Assembly: GCA_965601925.1 (NCBI GenBank)
Contig: OZ271854.1
Location: forward strand, 2,048,001 to 2,112,000
DNA length: 64,000 nt
DNA from: Alkalispirochaeta sp.
GTDB taxonomy: Bacteria > Spirochaetota > Spirochaetia > DSM-27196 > Alkalispirochaetaceae
Direction: 5' to 3'
The translations under genes and the position numbers were made by a program. This document shows, one piece after another, positions 10,837-20,429 of the stretch (its first letter is position 1; each line of letters begins with the position of its first letter). The notes beneath the pieces were generated by a model that did not search any database, was not told where the DNA came from, and saw only the letters and a list, made by a program, of their open reading frames with translations.

Positions 10837-12588
10837 ATGAATACTATTACCTGCTACATCAACGGCACCGAGATCAGCGTACCTGCGGGAACCAGCATCT
10901 TTAAGGCCGCTCAGGAAGCCAAGGTGAAGATACCGGCCCTCTGTTACCATCCCGATCTGCCGGCATGGGCGGCGTGCGGTATCTGTGTCGTCAAGTTGGA
11001 AGGATCCCCAAAAATGGTACGGGCGTGTGCCACCGCGGTCTCCGACGGGATGAAGATCATTACCCACGACGCCGAGTTGCACCAAGTGCGTAAGACCGTC
11101 ATCGAGCTGATTTTGTCGACGCACCCCAACTCCTGTCTTACCTGTCCGCGCAACCAGAGTTGCGAGCTCCAGCGTATGGCGGCGGAGTTCGGTATCCGTG
11201 AGATTCCCTTTGAGATAAACATACCGGAGATCGAGAAGGACGATTCGACCCCGTCGATCGTGCTCGATCCGGAAAAGTGCGTCAAATGCGGTCGCTGCGT
11301 CATTGTTTGTCAACAGATGCAGGACGTGTGGGCGTTGGAGTTCATCGGTCGCGGCGACGAGACCAGGATGGCGCCGGCCGGCGATATCGCCCTCAACGAT
11401 AGCCCGTGTATCAAATGCGGCCAGTGTTCGGCTCACTGCCCGGTGGGTGCGATCTACGAGCGTGACCAGACGCGCGAGGTCATTAACGCTCTACGCGACG
11501 AGGCGAGCACTGCGGTCGTTCAGATCGCCCCCGCGGTGCGCGTCGCGATCGGTGAGGCGTTCGGCTACGAGCCCGGTGAGATATCGACCGGTAAGCTGTA
11601 CGCCGCCCTCCGACGCCTCGGATTCGACGTGGTGTTCGATACCAACTTCGCCGCCGACCTCACCATCATGGAAGAGGCGAGCGAGTTCGTGGAGCGCTTC
11701 GCCAAGAGCAAGGGCAAGATTCCGATGATCACGACGTGTTGTCCGAGCTGGGTCGACTACATGGAGAAGTACTATCCGGAGCTGATTCCGAACTTCTCGA
11801 CCGCCAAGAGCCCTATGATGATGATGGGCGCAATGGTGAAGAGCTACTTCGCCAAGAAGATCGGGAAGAAGGCCGAAGAGGTGTACCACGTGGCGATCAT
11901 GCCGTGTACCTCCAAGAAGTACGAGATTACGCGGGACGACAACATGTTCTCTACCGGTGTCAAGGATGTCGACGCGGTGCTCACCACGCGCGAGCTCGCT
12001 CGTATGATCAAGAGTGCCGGTATCGATTTTGCCAATCTCGAGGATGAGGAAGCCGACCCCGCGCTCGGTATCTACACCGGCGCCGGCACGATCTTCGGAG
12101 CAACCGGTGGCGTTATGGAGGCGGCGGTTCGCAGCGCATACAATTTCGTAACCGGGAAGAATATGGCCAAGGTCGAGTTTGAGCCGGTCCGCGGCCTCGA
12201 AGGAGTCAAAGAGGCCGAGGTCGACATCGAGGGTACCACGGTGCGCGTCGCCGTTGCACACCAGATGGGCAACGCTCGCGCGGTTGTAGAGCGAATCAAG
12301 GCCGCCGAGGCTGCGGGGCAAGAACCGCCGTGGCACTTCATCGAGATCATGGCGTGTCGCGGAGGGTGTATCGGCGGCGGCGGACAACCTTACGGCGCAA
12401 CCGACGAGATTCGAAAGAAACGCATTGCGGGGATCTATACCGACGACGAGGCGCAGACCTATCGTTGTAGTCACGAGAACCCGCAGATCCAAGAGATCTA
12501 CGAGCAGTTTCTCGGTAAGCCCCTCGGCGAGAAGTCGCACAAGTTTTTGCACACTCACTATTCGGAGCGCAAACTCTACCAACGCTAA
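10837..12588 (+). CDS. hndD: [FeFe]-hydrogenase catalytic subunit, group A (HndD/HydA)
   Basis: H-cluster motifs TTCCPSW, MPCTSKKYE, EIMACRGGCIGGGGQ; N-terminal 2Fe-2S, His-ligated 4Fe-4S and 2x4Fe-4S. Confidence 0.97.
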   Translation: MNTITCYINGTEISVPAGTSIFKAAQEAKVKIPALCYHPDLPAWAACGICVVKLEGSPKMVRACATAVSDGMKIITHDAELHQVRKTVIELILSTHPNSCLTCPRNQSCELQRMAAEFGIREIPFEINIPEIEKDDSTPSIVLDPEKCVKCGRCVIVCQQMQDVWALEFIGRGDETRMAPAGDIALNDSPCIKCGQCSAHCPVGAIYERDQTREVINALRDEASTAVVQIAPAVRVAIGEAFGYEPGEISTGKLYAALRRLGFDVVFDTNFAADLTIMEEASEFVERFAKSKGKIPMITTCCPSWVDYMEKYYPELIPNFSTAKSPMMMMGAMVKSYFAKKIGKKAEEVYHVAIMPCTSKKYEITRDDNMFSTGVKDVDAVLTTRELARMIKSAGIDFANLEDEEADPALGIYTGAGTIFGATGGVMEAAVRSAYNFVTGKNMAKVEFEPVRGLEGVKEAEVDIEGTTVRVAVAHQMGNARAVVERIKAAEAAGQEPPWHFIEIMACRGGCIGGGGQPYGATDEIRKKRIAGIYTDDEAQTYRCSHENPQIQEIYEQFLGKPLGEKSHKFLHTHYSERKLYQR

Positions 12589-13006
12589 CCGTTCGCGTAC
12601 CGGAGGCGAAGCCGAGGAACGCGAACCTCCGCCCCCCGTTCGCGTACCGGAGGCGAATCCGAGGAACGCGAACCTCCGCCCCCCGTTCGCGTACCGGAGG
12701 CGAAGCCGAGGAACGCGAACCTCCGCCCCCCGTTCGCGTACCGGAGGCGAAGCCGAGGAACGCGAACCTCCGCCCCCCGTTCGCGTACCGGAGGCGAATC
12801 CGAGGAACGCGAACCTCCGCCCCCCGTTCGCGTACCGGAGGCGAATCCGAGGAACGCGAACCTCCGCCCCCCGTTCGCGTACCGGAGGCGAATCCGAGGA
12901 ACGCGAACCTCCGCCCCCCGTTCGCGTACCGGAGGCGAATCCGAGGAACGCGAACCTCCGCCCCCCGTTCGCGTACCGGAGGCGAATCCGAGGAACGCGA
13001 ACGGTT
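12587..13006. repeat. Tandem array of a 47-bp palindromic unit (8 full copies + 1 truncated), REP/BIME-like
   Basis: Unit GTTCGCGTACCGGAGGCGAAKCCGAGGAACGCGAACCTCCGCCCCCC starting at 12591, 12638, 12685, 12732, 12779, 12826, 12873, 12920, 12967. Confidence 0.97.
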
Positions 13007-13018
13007 GCGGGCACCATG

Positions 13019-13059
13019 CGGCGTGTGCGTCCCGAAAGGGAGGTACGCGCCGTTTTGTT
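13019..13059 (+). terminator. Intrinsic terminator of the hydrogenase operon
   Basis: CGGCGTGTGC/GTACGCGCCG stem with inner TCCC-GAAA-GGGA, then TTTTGTT. Confidence 0.75.
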
Positions 13060-13231
13060 ATTCGGTTCCGGGACGGCGGGCGGTTGGTCGCGCAGGTAAT
13101 ATGGGTGACGACGGGCGCGCCATGCGTTTCCGCACGCCGAGTTCCCCCCTGCTCACCCCGCACAATCCACCAAGCGAGCCGGCCGGGACGAGTATGCGCC
13201 GATCTACTATACTACCGACGAGGAGTTGCGC

Positions 13232-14716
13232 ATGATATGCCTCTGCCTAACCGGCTCCACCATATCCGACTGGACCCGCCAACTCGACCGCAATCGCCGT
13301 TGGATTTCCGCCGTTGAGCTGCGAGTCGATTTGTTGAGACCGTCGGAGCGTTCACCGGCTGCTCTATCGGAATGGTGGCGGAGTGCGCGTGACGATCTGA
13401 CTTCGATCCTCACCGTTCGGCGTCCTCGCGATCTCGGTCGTTGGGAGGGGGACGAGGCGCAGCGACTCTTTCTCCTTTCGCAACTTGTCGAGGTCCTGGA
13501 GCCCGACTACCTCGATTTGGAGCTCGATCGTGCGCGGAGCCCCGGCTGGGTCGAGCTTGCGCGCGCGCAGTACGATCGGGGCGGCGCCGTGGTGCGCTCG
13601 CATCACGAACCCAAAGCGACCCCCGAGGAGCTTGCACCTCTCATCGCACGGTTGGCCACCGACCCCCACGAGGTGCCCAAGCTCGCGGTCTACTCCGAGT
13701 CGTGCTCCGATGTAGTTCGCCTACTCGGCGCCGTGCGGGAGTTTCACCGGCGGATGCCCGGCCGCAAGGGCATTTGGATCGCCATGGGTGAGTACGGGCT
13801 GCCGAGTCGAGTCGCGCCGAGCCACTTCGGCTCCGCATGGACCTATGCCTCCGACGACGATGAGGTGTCGGCCGCCCCGGGACACGTAAGCCCCAGGGTG
13901 CTCCACGATACGTATCGTATTGCAGACGTGCGCGCCGATTGGCCGCTCTTTGCGGTGTTGGGCGCGCCGGTTGCGCACTCACACTCGCCGGAGTATCACA
14001 ACCGTCGATTCCGAGAGGATGGGCACGACGCACTTTACATACCCGTACGTGCCGACGATTTTACCGAGTTCGAGGCACTTGCGGAGCATTTGGATATTCG
14101 CGGGGTCTCGGTGACGGTGCCACACAAGCGCGCCGCTCTCGCGTTCGGCGAAGACGGTGCCTCAGAGCGCGCGCGGGCGGTGGGCGCGGCCAATACACTG
14201 TGGATCGATCGCGATGGACTCCGGCGTGCCGACAACACCGATGTGGAAGGATTCCTGGAACCTTTGCGAGCGCTCCTGGGCGATGCCGCCGCAGGTACGG
14301 CGGTGGTCATCGGCGCGGGCGGTGCGGCGCGTTCGGCGGTCGCCGGCCTCGCCGGCGACGGATGGACCGTCGAGGTATATAATCGCACCCCGGAGCGGGC
14401 CGCGGAGATGCTGTCCTCGATGGGGCTTGCTCCGACCGCGGCACACCCCCTTGCGAAACTCGCTGCGCTCAAGCCCGGCGGGGCGGATCTGCTGGTTCAG
14501 ACGACTCCGGTCGGTATGCGCCACGGGAGCGAAGGCGACCCGAGCGCGGGCTATCGCTTTGCCGGGACCGAAGTAGCCTACGATATGATCTATACGCCGC
14601 CCGAGACCGAGTTCCTCCGCCGCGCCCGCGAATCGGGAGCGCGCACGATCAACGGCGAAGCGATGTTTCTCGCTCAAGCGGATGCGCAGTATCACATATT
14701 TGCAAGTCTGCTCTGA
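13232..14716 (+). CDS. aroE: Bifunctional type I 3-dehydroquinate dehydratase / shikimate dehydrogenase
   Basis: VELRVD, SHH, KLAV, IAMG, APGH (AroD); HSHSP, SVTVPHK, GAANT, DNTD, GAGGAA, NRT, DMIY (AroE). Confidence 0.92.
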   Translation: MICLCLTGSTISDWTRQLDRNRRWISAVELRVDLLRPSERSPAALSEWWRSARDDLTSILTVRRPRDLGRWEGDEAQRLFLLSQLVEVLEPDYLDLELDRARSPGWVELARAQYDRGGAVVRSHHEPKATPEELAPLIARLATDPHEVPKLAVYSESCSDVVRLLGAVREFHRRMPGRKGIWIAMGEYGLPSRVAPSHFGSAWTYASDDDEVSAAPGHVSPRVLHDTYRIADVRADWPLFAVLGAPVAHSHSPEYHNRRFREDGHDALYIPVRADDFTEFEALAEHLDIRGVSVTVPHKRAALAFGEDGASERARAVGAANTLWIDRDGLRRADNTDVEGFLEPLRALLGDAAAGTAVVIGAGGAARSAVAGLAGDGWTVEVYNRTPERAAEMLSSMGLAPTAAHPLAKLAALKPGGADLLVQTTPVGMRHGSEGDPSAGYRFAGTEVAYDMIYTPPETEFLRRARESGARTINGEAMFLAQADAQYHIFASLL

Positions 14717-14722
14717 TGCGGA

Positions 14723-16888
14723 CTATCGCCTGCTGGACGTCCTGCGAATGAGTGTTCCGCTGAGGCGACGAACGAGCGATATCCGACGTATGCGAATGCG
14801 GATCGCCCGCTGATCCGGCTCCTGTCGCGCCCTGAGCATGAGGTCGTCTCCGGAGGCGACGATCTCCCGAGGTTGGATCATGATTCTTTGAGGCGCACCG
14901 GACGTCGAGCGCATGATTACTTCGAGCATGTCGCCACTCTCGATCGCCTGCTCGATCAGACGAATCTTTCCCAGGTAGTCGAGACCGCGCGCCTCGGTAC
15001 TACGCTGCGGTGCGAGCTCTTGGCGCAACTGATCAGGAAAGAGGATCAGCTTGCGATCGATGCGTAGTGCCAGTTCTCGATGAACATCCTCGGGGAAATC
15101 ACGTTTCTCAAGATTTTCGCGGAGTCGACCGGCGATTGTCGCCGCATCGTCGCTATGCCCCTCTACGGATGCGGGAGCGCCTCGCGTTTCGGGTGCTTCC
15201 GTTTCGTCCTCCTCCTGGTGAGTCGCGCCGTCGGAATCGACGGATGTGTGATCTGCCCGTGTCCCGATCTTTTGGGGACGGGTATGGAGGGGAAGGAGCG
15301 GTTGCTGGTAGTGTTGATGGAGCCGCAGGAAATCGGGGATATCGACGTCCACGGGTCTGTGACCCTCGACGGTGGCCGCCGATACGAGGTCGAGTTTCTC
15401 CAGGAGGCGTTCTACCGTCCTCAACGCGTCACGGTCTACTAAGAACACCCCGGGAGCGAGCTCCTCCCGAAGGAGACCGCGAAACTCCGTCGACCGGTTC
15501 AGAATCGCCGCCTCCTCTTCCTCCGCCACTACAACTACTCCGCTCAGTAGGCGTACCGCCCGTGAACGTGTCTGCCATCGTGAGAGAAGAAAGCGAACGT
15601 TCTGCGGAAGCTCTCCCGCGACCCGCTCCAAATCGGACAGCGCGTCACTATGCATCTCGCGCCGCGCCGAGGCGACGCTCGCCTCATTGAGGCTAAACTC
15701 CGCAACGACATCGAATCGGCTCAGTGTGGCGACGCGGGCGACGACAAGGGCGTCGACGAAGCGCGCCCCCGGCGTAACGGTCACTTCCATGTTGGCCTGG
15801 ATGCGAATGCGGTGGTCGCCGTACGACTCGTTGCGTACCGCCGTCGTCACCGTCGGATTGAGGCCGAATCGCTCTTCGATATCCTGCTGCTCGTCGCCGG
15901 CGGCTACGTCCTCCACTTCGTCGTGACGTCGGCCGTCCAGACGTCTGAGGTATCCCGCCTCGTACAGGCGCTCGACGGTGTCGCGTCCGATCGGCAGCGA
16001 GAAACCGTTTCCGCTCAACTGCAGCAACCGCACGATCTCGGTGACGCTGTAGCTGTATTCGGCCGGCATCGTCTCCGCCATTTCCAAAAGGATTTGCGCA
16101 TAGTCGAAGGTGCGTTCGACCGAGCTTGCCAACAGAGCGGCCCACAGGAGCGCCTGAATCCAACGATCCGGCAGGCGAGCGAGTTCGTCCCAGCTGTCTT
16201 GGCGTATCGTCGTTTTCCCCTCTTCGCGACCGATGAGGCCCAACGTTTCGAGGGCGACCAGGGCACTTCGCAGTCGAAGCGTTCCGTCGGCGTCGGCAAA
16301 AAGCCTTCCGAATCGTGTTTCCAGCTCGCGTGCCGCTTTTTTCCGCATCGTGCCCGTTTGTGTGAAGAGATCCGAATGTGTTCGCAAGAAGGAGTACAGC
16401 GCAAGGACCAAGATCGGTGAGAGCCACGACATCGCCGGGGTGACGAGCGCATCCGCCGGTTCGATGGGCGCCCCCACGATGAGGTGACGGATTCCGATTT
16501 CCGGATTCAATGCGTCGGCCACGACGGGATTGATGGTAAGGGCACCTTCGGGGTGTCCTCCGATCACCAATAGCCGATCCTTGAGATTGAGTAATCGCTC
16601 ATGAAATGCGGCGTAATCCAGACCGTCACCGAGAAATCTGAATAGGCGTTCGTCGTCGGGCCGCGAGAGGATATGTATACCCGAAAGAAACATGCGATCG
16701 GTCGCATCCAGAACGTCTACGATCCGGGCCTGGGTCTCGGGTCGCGTATAGAACTCGCGCAGCCCCCCGATTAAGTCGTGCTTGTTGTACGGTGTTTTAA
16801 TCGGTCCGAGATAGTTGCGAACCAGGGCGAAAAACGACTCGTCGTCGAGCCCCAGGAGGTAGCGAGAAAAGCGATCCATGCTTGCCAT
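14723..16888 (-). CDS. XPB-helicase-associated domain protein
   Basis: RIQANMEV...LPQNVRFLLSRW Helicase_C_3-like segment; coupled downstream of the XPB helicase. Confidence 0.65.
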   Translation of the reverse strand: MASMDRFSRYLLGLDDESFFALVRNYLGPIKTPYNKHDLIGGLREFYTRPETQARIVDVLDATDRMFLSGIHILSRPDDERLFRFLGDGLDYAAFHERLLNLKDRLLVIGGHPEGALTINPVVADALNPEIGIRHLIVGAPIEPADALVTPAMSWLSPILVLALYSFLRTHSDLFTQTGTMRKKAARELETRFGRLFADADGTLRLRSALVALETLGLIGREEGKTTIRQDSWDELARLPDRWIQALLWAALLASSVERTFDYAQILLEMAETMPAEYSYSVTEIVRLLQLSGNGFSLPIGRDTVERLYEAGYLRRLDGRRHDEVEDVAAGDEQQDIEERFGLNPTVTTAVRNESYGDHRIRIQANMEVTVTPGARFVDALVVARVATLSRFDVVAEFSLNEASVASARREMHSDALSDLERVAGELPQNVRFLLSRWQTRSRAVRLLSGVVVVAEEEEAAILNRSTEFRGLLREELAPGVFLVDRDALRTVERLLEKLDLVSAATVEGHRPVDVDIPDFLRLHQHYQQPLLPLHTRPQKIGTRADHTSVDSDGATHQEEDETEAPETRGAPASVEGHSDDAATIAGRLRENLEKRDFPEDVHRELALRIDRKLILFPDQLRQELAPQRSTEARGLDYLGKIRLIEQAIESGDMLEVIMRSTSGAPQRIMIQPREIVASGDDLMLRARQEPDQRAIRIRIRRISLVRRLSGTLIRRTSSRR

Positions 16889-16893
16889 ATCGC

Positions 16894-18579
16894 TCACTCC
16901 TCCCAATGCTCGATATGGTAGGCGTACCCCTGTTCGGTAAGGAACTTCTGGCGGTTAGCCGCAAAGCTCTCCTCGACCGTCCGATTGGACACCAGCGTGT
17001 AGAAGAACGAGTTGCGGTGGGCGCCCGTTTTGGGGCGGAGCACGCGCCCCAAGCGCTGCGCCTCCTCCTGCCGTGAACCGAAGCTCCCCGACACCTGAAT
17101 CGCGACCGACGCGTCGGGCAAGTCTATCGCAAAATTCGCCACCTTACTCACCACGATCACCCTGAGTTCTCCGCGACGAAAGGCGGCGTATATCTCCTCG
17201 CGTTTGGCGTTGGGCGTCTTGCCGGTAATGATCGGTGCGTTCAAGTGCTCCGACAGTTCGGCGAGTTGGTCGAGGTATTGGCCGATGACGATAATGGCGT
17301 CCTCTCGATGGTTGGCCACGATCTGAGATGCCGCCTCGACCTTGCGAGGATTTTCGCTCGCAATACGGAACTTGGCACGCTTGTCGGCTACCGCGTACTC
17401 GGTGCGCATCCCTCGCGGCATATCCAAACGGATCTCGTAACAGACCGCCTCGGCGATCCACCCCTTTTGTTCCAACTCCTTCCACGGTACGTCGTACCGC
17501 TTGGGTCCCACGAGAGAGAAGACGTCCTCCTCGCGTCCGTCTTCGCGCACCAGGGTCGCGGTGAGCCCGAGACGGCGGATCGCCTGGATTTCGGCGGTCA
17601 CGCGGAACACCGGAGCCGGCAGAAGGTGCACCTCGTCGTAGATGATGAGGCCCCAATGGTGTTTACGAAAGATGTCGAAGTGCGGAAAGATCGCCTCTTT
17701 GTCCGGACGCCATACGAGAATCTGGTAGGTCGCAACGGTCACCGGTTTGACCGCTTTGCGGCTTCCCGTGTATTCACCGATGTCCTCCGGGGTGAGTTCG
17801 GTTTTGTCTACGAGCTCGTCGATCCACTGGTGAACCGCGGCGATATTGGTCGTGAGGATCAACGTGCTCGTACGCATGAGATCCATGACGGCCATACCGA
17901 CGACCGTCTTGCCGGAGCCGCACGGTAGCACGACCGTGCCGTATCCGGCGCCCGGCCTTCCTTCGCCGAAAAATGTCGACGCCGCCTCGATTTGGTAGTC
18001 GCGCAAATCGAAATCCTTACCCGACAACGTCCTCCGCCGTAGGCCGAACGCAATGGGATCGCCCTCGACCAACGGTGCGCGGTCGTCGACGGGATAACCG
18101 ATTCTTACCAGTTCCTGTTTGACCGTTCCGCGGTCGACCAAGTCCACGAAGAAGGCGGTATCGTCGCCCTCCGCGGTCGGCTCGGCATCGCGCAGGAGCT
18201 TCGCGATTTTCGGTCGCGATCGCAGCTCGGAGCGAATATCGGCGTCCGGCACGATCAGGCGGAGCGTGTACGCGTCCTCGTCGGGCTCGAGGCGAATCGT
18301 TCCGTAGCGCCCCACCAGCTCGACGATGGTGCGTTCTACATGCGTGGGGACCGGGAAGCGGCTGTGCGCGGACAATGCACCGAGAATTTCATCGGCCGAG
18401 AGTCCTGCGGCCGCGGCGTTCCACACCGACAACGGCGTGATGCGATAGGTGTGAAAGTGCTCCGGTGACTTTTCGAGCTCCGCGAAGGGCACAATTGCAT
18501 TGCGAGCCGCGTCGACGTCGGCGTCGTGGACATCGAGGAGAATGGTACTGTCTCCCTGTACGATTAAAGGTTGCGCCAT
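16894..18579 (-). CDS. DNA repair helicase XPB/Ssl2 (bacterial type)
   Basis: ELEKSPEH N-terminal domain, LRDYQ, LPCGSGKT, DEVH, GLTATLVRED, QRLGRVLR. Confidence 0.93.
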   Translation of the reverse strand: MAQPLIVQGDSTILLDVHDADVDAARNAIVPFAELEKSPEHFHTYRITPLSVWNAAAAGLSADEILGALSAHSRFPVPTHVERTIVELVGRYGTIRLEPDEDAYTLRLIVPDADIRSELRSRPKIAKLLRDAEPTAEGDDTAFFVDLVDRGTVKQELVRIGYPVDDRAPLVEGDPIAFGLRRRTLSGKDFDLRDYQIEAASTFFGEGRPGAGYGTVVLPCGSGKTVVGMAVMDLMRTSTLILTTNIAAVHQWIDELVDKTELTPEDIGEYTGSRKAVKPVTVATYQILVWRPDKEAIFPHFDIFRKHHWGLIIYDEVHLLPAPVFRVTAEIQAIRRLGLTATLVREDGREEDVFSLVGPKRYDVPWKELEQKGWIAEAVCYEIRLDMPRGMRTEYAVADKRAKFRIASENPRKVEAASQIVANHREDAIIVIGQYLDQLAELSEHLNAPIITGKTPNAKREEIYAAFRRGELRVIVVSKVANFAIDLPDASVAIQVSGSFGSRQEEAQRLGRVLRPKTGAHRNSFFYTLVSNRTVEESFAANRQKFLTEQGYAYHIEHWEE

Positions 18580-18695
18580 TTTTGTAAGGTGTACACTATC
18601 TTTGAGGAAATTTTAACCGTTAGTGCGCTACACTATCGGAGTCGCTACGGCGGCGCGATATCGGACACGGTGTTCTGACATGGGAGGTACTAACG

Positions 18696-20039
18696 ATGTC
18701 CAGAAAAAGTAACGGCGAACGACGTCCCCAGGGAACGGGCGGCACTCCGGTTAAGACCTTCGTCATCGACACCAATGTACTCATTCACAGACCCGACGCA
18801 ATCCTGAGCTTTCGTGACAATGAAGTCGTCGTGCCGATGTGGGTGCTCGAGGAGCTCGACCGACTCAAAACGTTCTCCGACGAGCGGGGGCGCAACGCGC
18901 GCCAAGCGATCCGATTTCTCGACGCGGCGGGGCGCCACGGCAACCTCGCCGAGGGTGTCCGGATCGAAAACGGTTCGGTCCTCAAAGTGATATCGACCCA
19001 ACCCGACCACATTCCCAACGACTTTCTTCAGGACAAGGCGGACAACAAGATTATCCTCACGGCGTGGCAGATTCAGGAGGCCGGGGGCATCGTCTTTTTC
19101 GTGAGCAAGGATATCAACGCGCGCGTCAAGGCGACGGCGTTAGGCATTAAGGCTGTGGATTACGAAAAGCAGAAGGTCGATATTACCAAGCTCTATACCG
19201 GCTTCTCATCGGTCGATACACGGCCCGAGTCGTACACCGAACTTCAGAACGAGGGGCAGTTGGACTGGTCCGAGGAGCTCGCCCCCAACCATTATCTCAT
19301 GCTTCGCGATAAGGATCACGAGGACGAAATTATCGGTCGCTACGACGCGGAGGATCGACGTCTGTACTACGTCGATCATCGCATGAAATCGGTGGCCGGG
19401 ATTCGCCCCCTTAATGACGAGCAGCGAATCGCCCTCGATCTCTTACTCAACCCGCGCATACAGCTGGTCACCCTGGTCGGCAAAGCCGGCACCGGCAAGA
19501 CGTTACTGGCGATCGCCTCGGGACTCAAACAGACGATCGAGGATAAGACCTACAAGCGGGTACTTGTCAGCCGGCCGGTCGTCCCCATGGGCAAAGATAT
19601 CGGGTATCTACCGGGTGCCAAGAACGAGAAACTCTCGCACTGGATGCAGCCGCTGTTCGACAACTTGGAGTTCATTATGAGCGTCTACCATCGTCAGAAC
19701 TTCAAGCAGCCCGAGCAGTTGATCGGCAACAACATCATCGAGTTGGAGGCGTTGAGTTACATTCGGGGCCGCTCGTTGCCGAGTCAGTTCATCGTTATCG
19801 ATGAGGCGCAGAACCTTTCTCCGCACGAGGTCAAGACGATCGTGTCGCGCGCCGGCACCGACGCCAAGGTGGTGCTCACCGGCGATCCTTACCAGATAGA
19901 CAGTCCCTATCTGGACGCCAACTCCAACGGTTTGACCTATTTGGTCGAGGCGTTCAAAGGTCAGCGCATATTCGGACACGTGCTTATGACGCGGAGCGAA
20001 CGGAGTCACCTCGCCGAACTTGCGGCGGAACTGTTATAA
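18696..20039 (+). CDS. phoH: PIN-PhoH fusion (PhoH2-type ATPase/RNase)
   Basis: VIDTNVL PIN domain, DNKI, SKDIN, GKAGTGKT, IGYLPG, IRGRS, DEAQN, TGDPYQID. Confidence 0.92.
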   Translation: MSRKSNGERRPQGTGGTPVKTFVIDTNVLIHRPDAILSFRDNEVVVPMWVLEELDRLKTFSDERGRNARQAIRFLDAAGRHGNLAEGVRIENGSVLKVISTQPDHIPNDFLQDKADNKIILTAWQIQEAGGIVFFVSKDINARVKATALGIKAVDYEKQKVDITKLYTGFSSVDTRPESYTELQNEGQLDWSEELAPNHYLMLRDKDHEDEIIGRYDAEDRRLYYVDHRMKSVAGIRPLNDEQRIALDLLLNPRIQLVTLVGKAGTGKTLLAIASGLKQTIEDKTYKRVLVSRPVVPMGKDIGYLPGAKNEKLSHWMQPLFDNLEFIMSVYHRQNFKQPEQLIGNNIIELEALSYIRGRSLPSQFIVIDEAQNLSPHEVKTIVSRAGTDAKVVLTGDPYQIDSPYLDANSNGLTYLVEAFKGQRIFGHVLMTRSERSHLAELAAELL

Positions 20040-20101
20040 GCGCGTGAGGAATGACTCGGTACCATTGCACCTCATGCGTATGCTCACTATAGTTGGATGA
20101 G

Positions 20102-20290
20102 ATGACACCCGTCGACGGCACGCCCTGGCGTCCGCAGCAGCTGGACGAGTATCTCGACGACTCGTTCGAGCAGATCGAGGAGATGCAGCATGTGCGACTT
20201 CTCGAACGGCTCGATGAGATGAGTCGTAAGCTCTACCTTCTCGAAGAAGAGCTCGACACCATGCTGCGGCAGGCAGCGAACTACTCATAG
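20102..20290 (+). CDS. Small acidic coiled-coil hypothetical protein
   Basis: Coding-like codon usage; own promoter TTGCAC-17-TATAGT at 20065-20093. Confidence 0.55.
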   Translation: MTPVDGTPWRPQQLDEYLDDSFEQIEEMQHVRLLERLDEMSRKLYLLEEELDTMLRQAANYS

Positions 20291-20429
20291 GCGCCGGGTA
20301 GCCGACGAAGGCTTTCGATCCGTCGTTGCGGCGGGTAGGAAACATCGCCCACCGGTCTCGGTCGCATCCCGTGCGTTTCATCACATCGATGGGGCCGTCC
20401 GAACGCGAATCCTGGGGGCAAGGAATACC

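Noticed and set aside
12587..13006. CRISPR array
   Set aside because: The linkers are only 9-11 nt and identical; there are no unique spacers, leader or cas genes.
11491..13163. Repeat-protein ORFs (11491-13017, 12425-13099, 12585-13163)
   Set aside because: Artefacts of a stop-free 47-bp unit whose period is not a multiple of 3; they overlap hndD.
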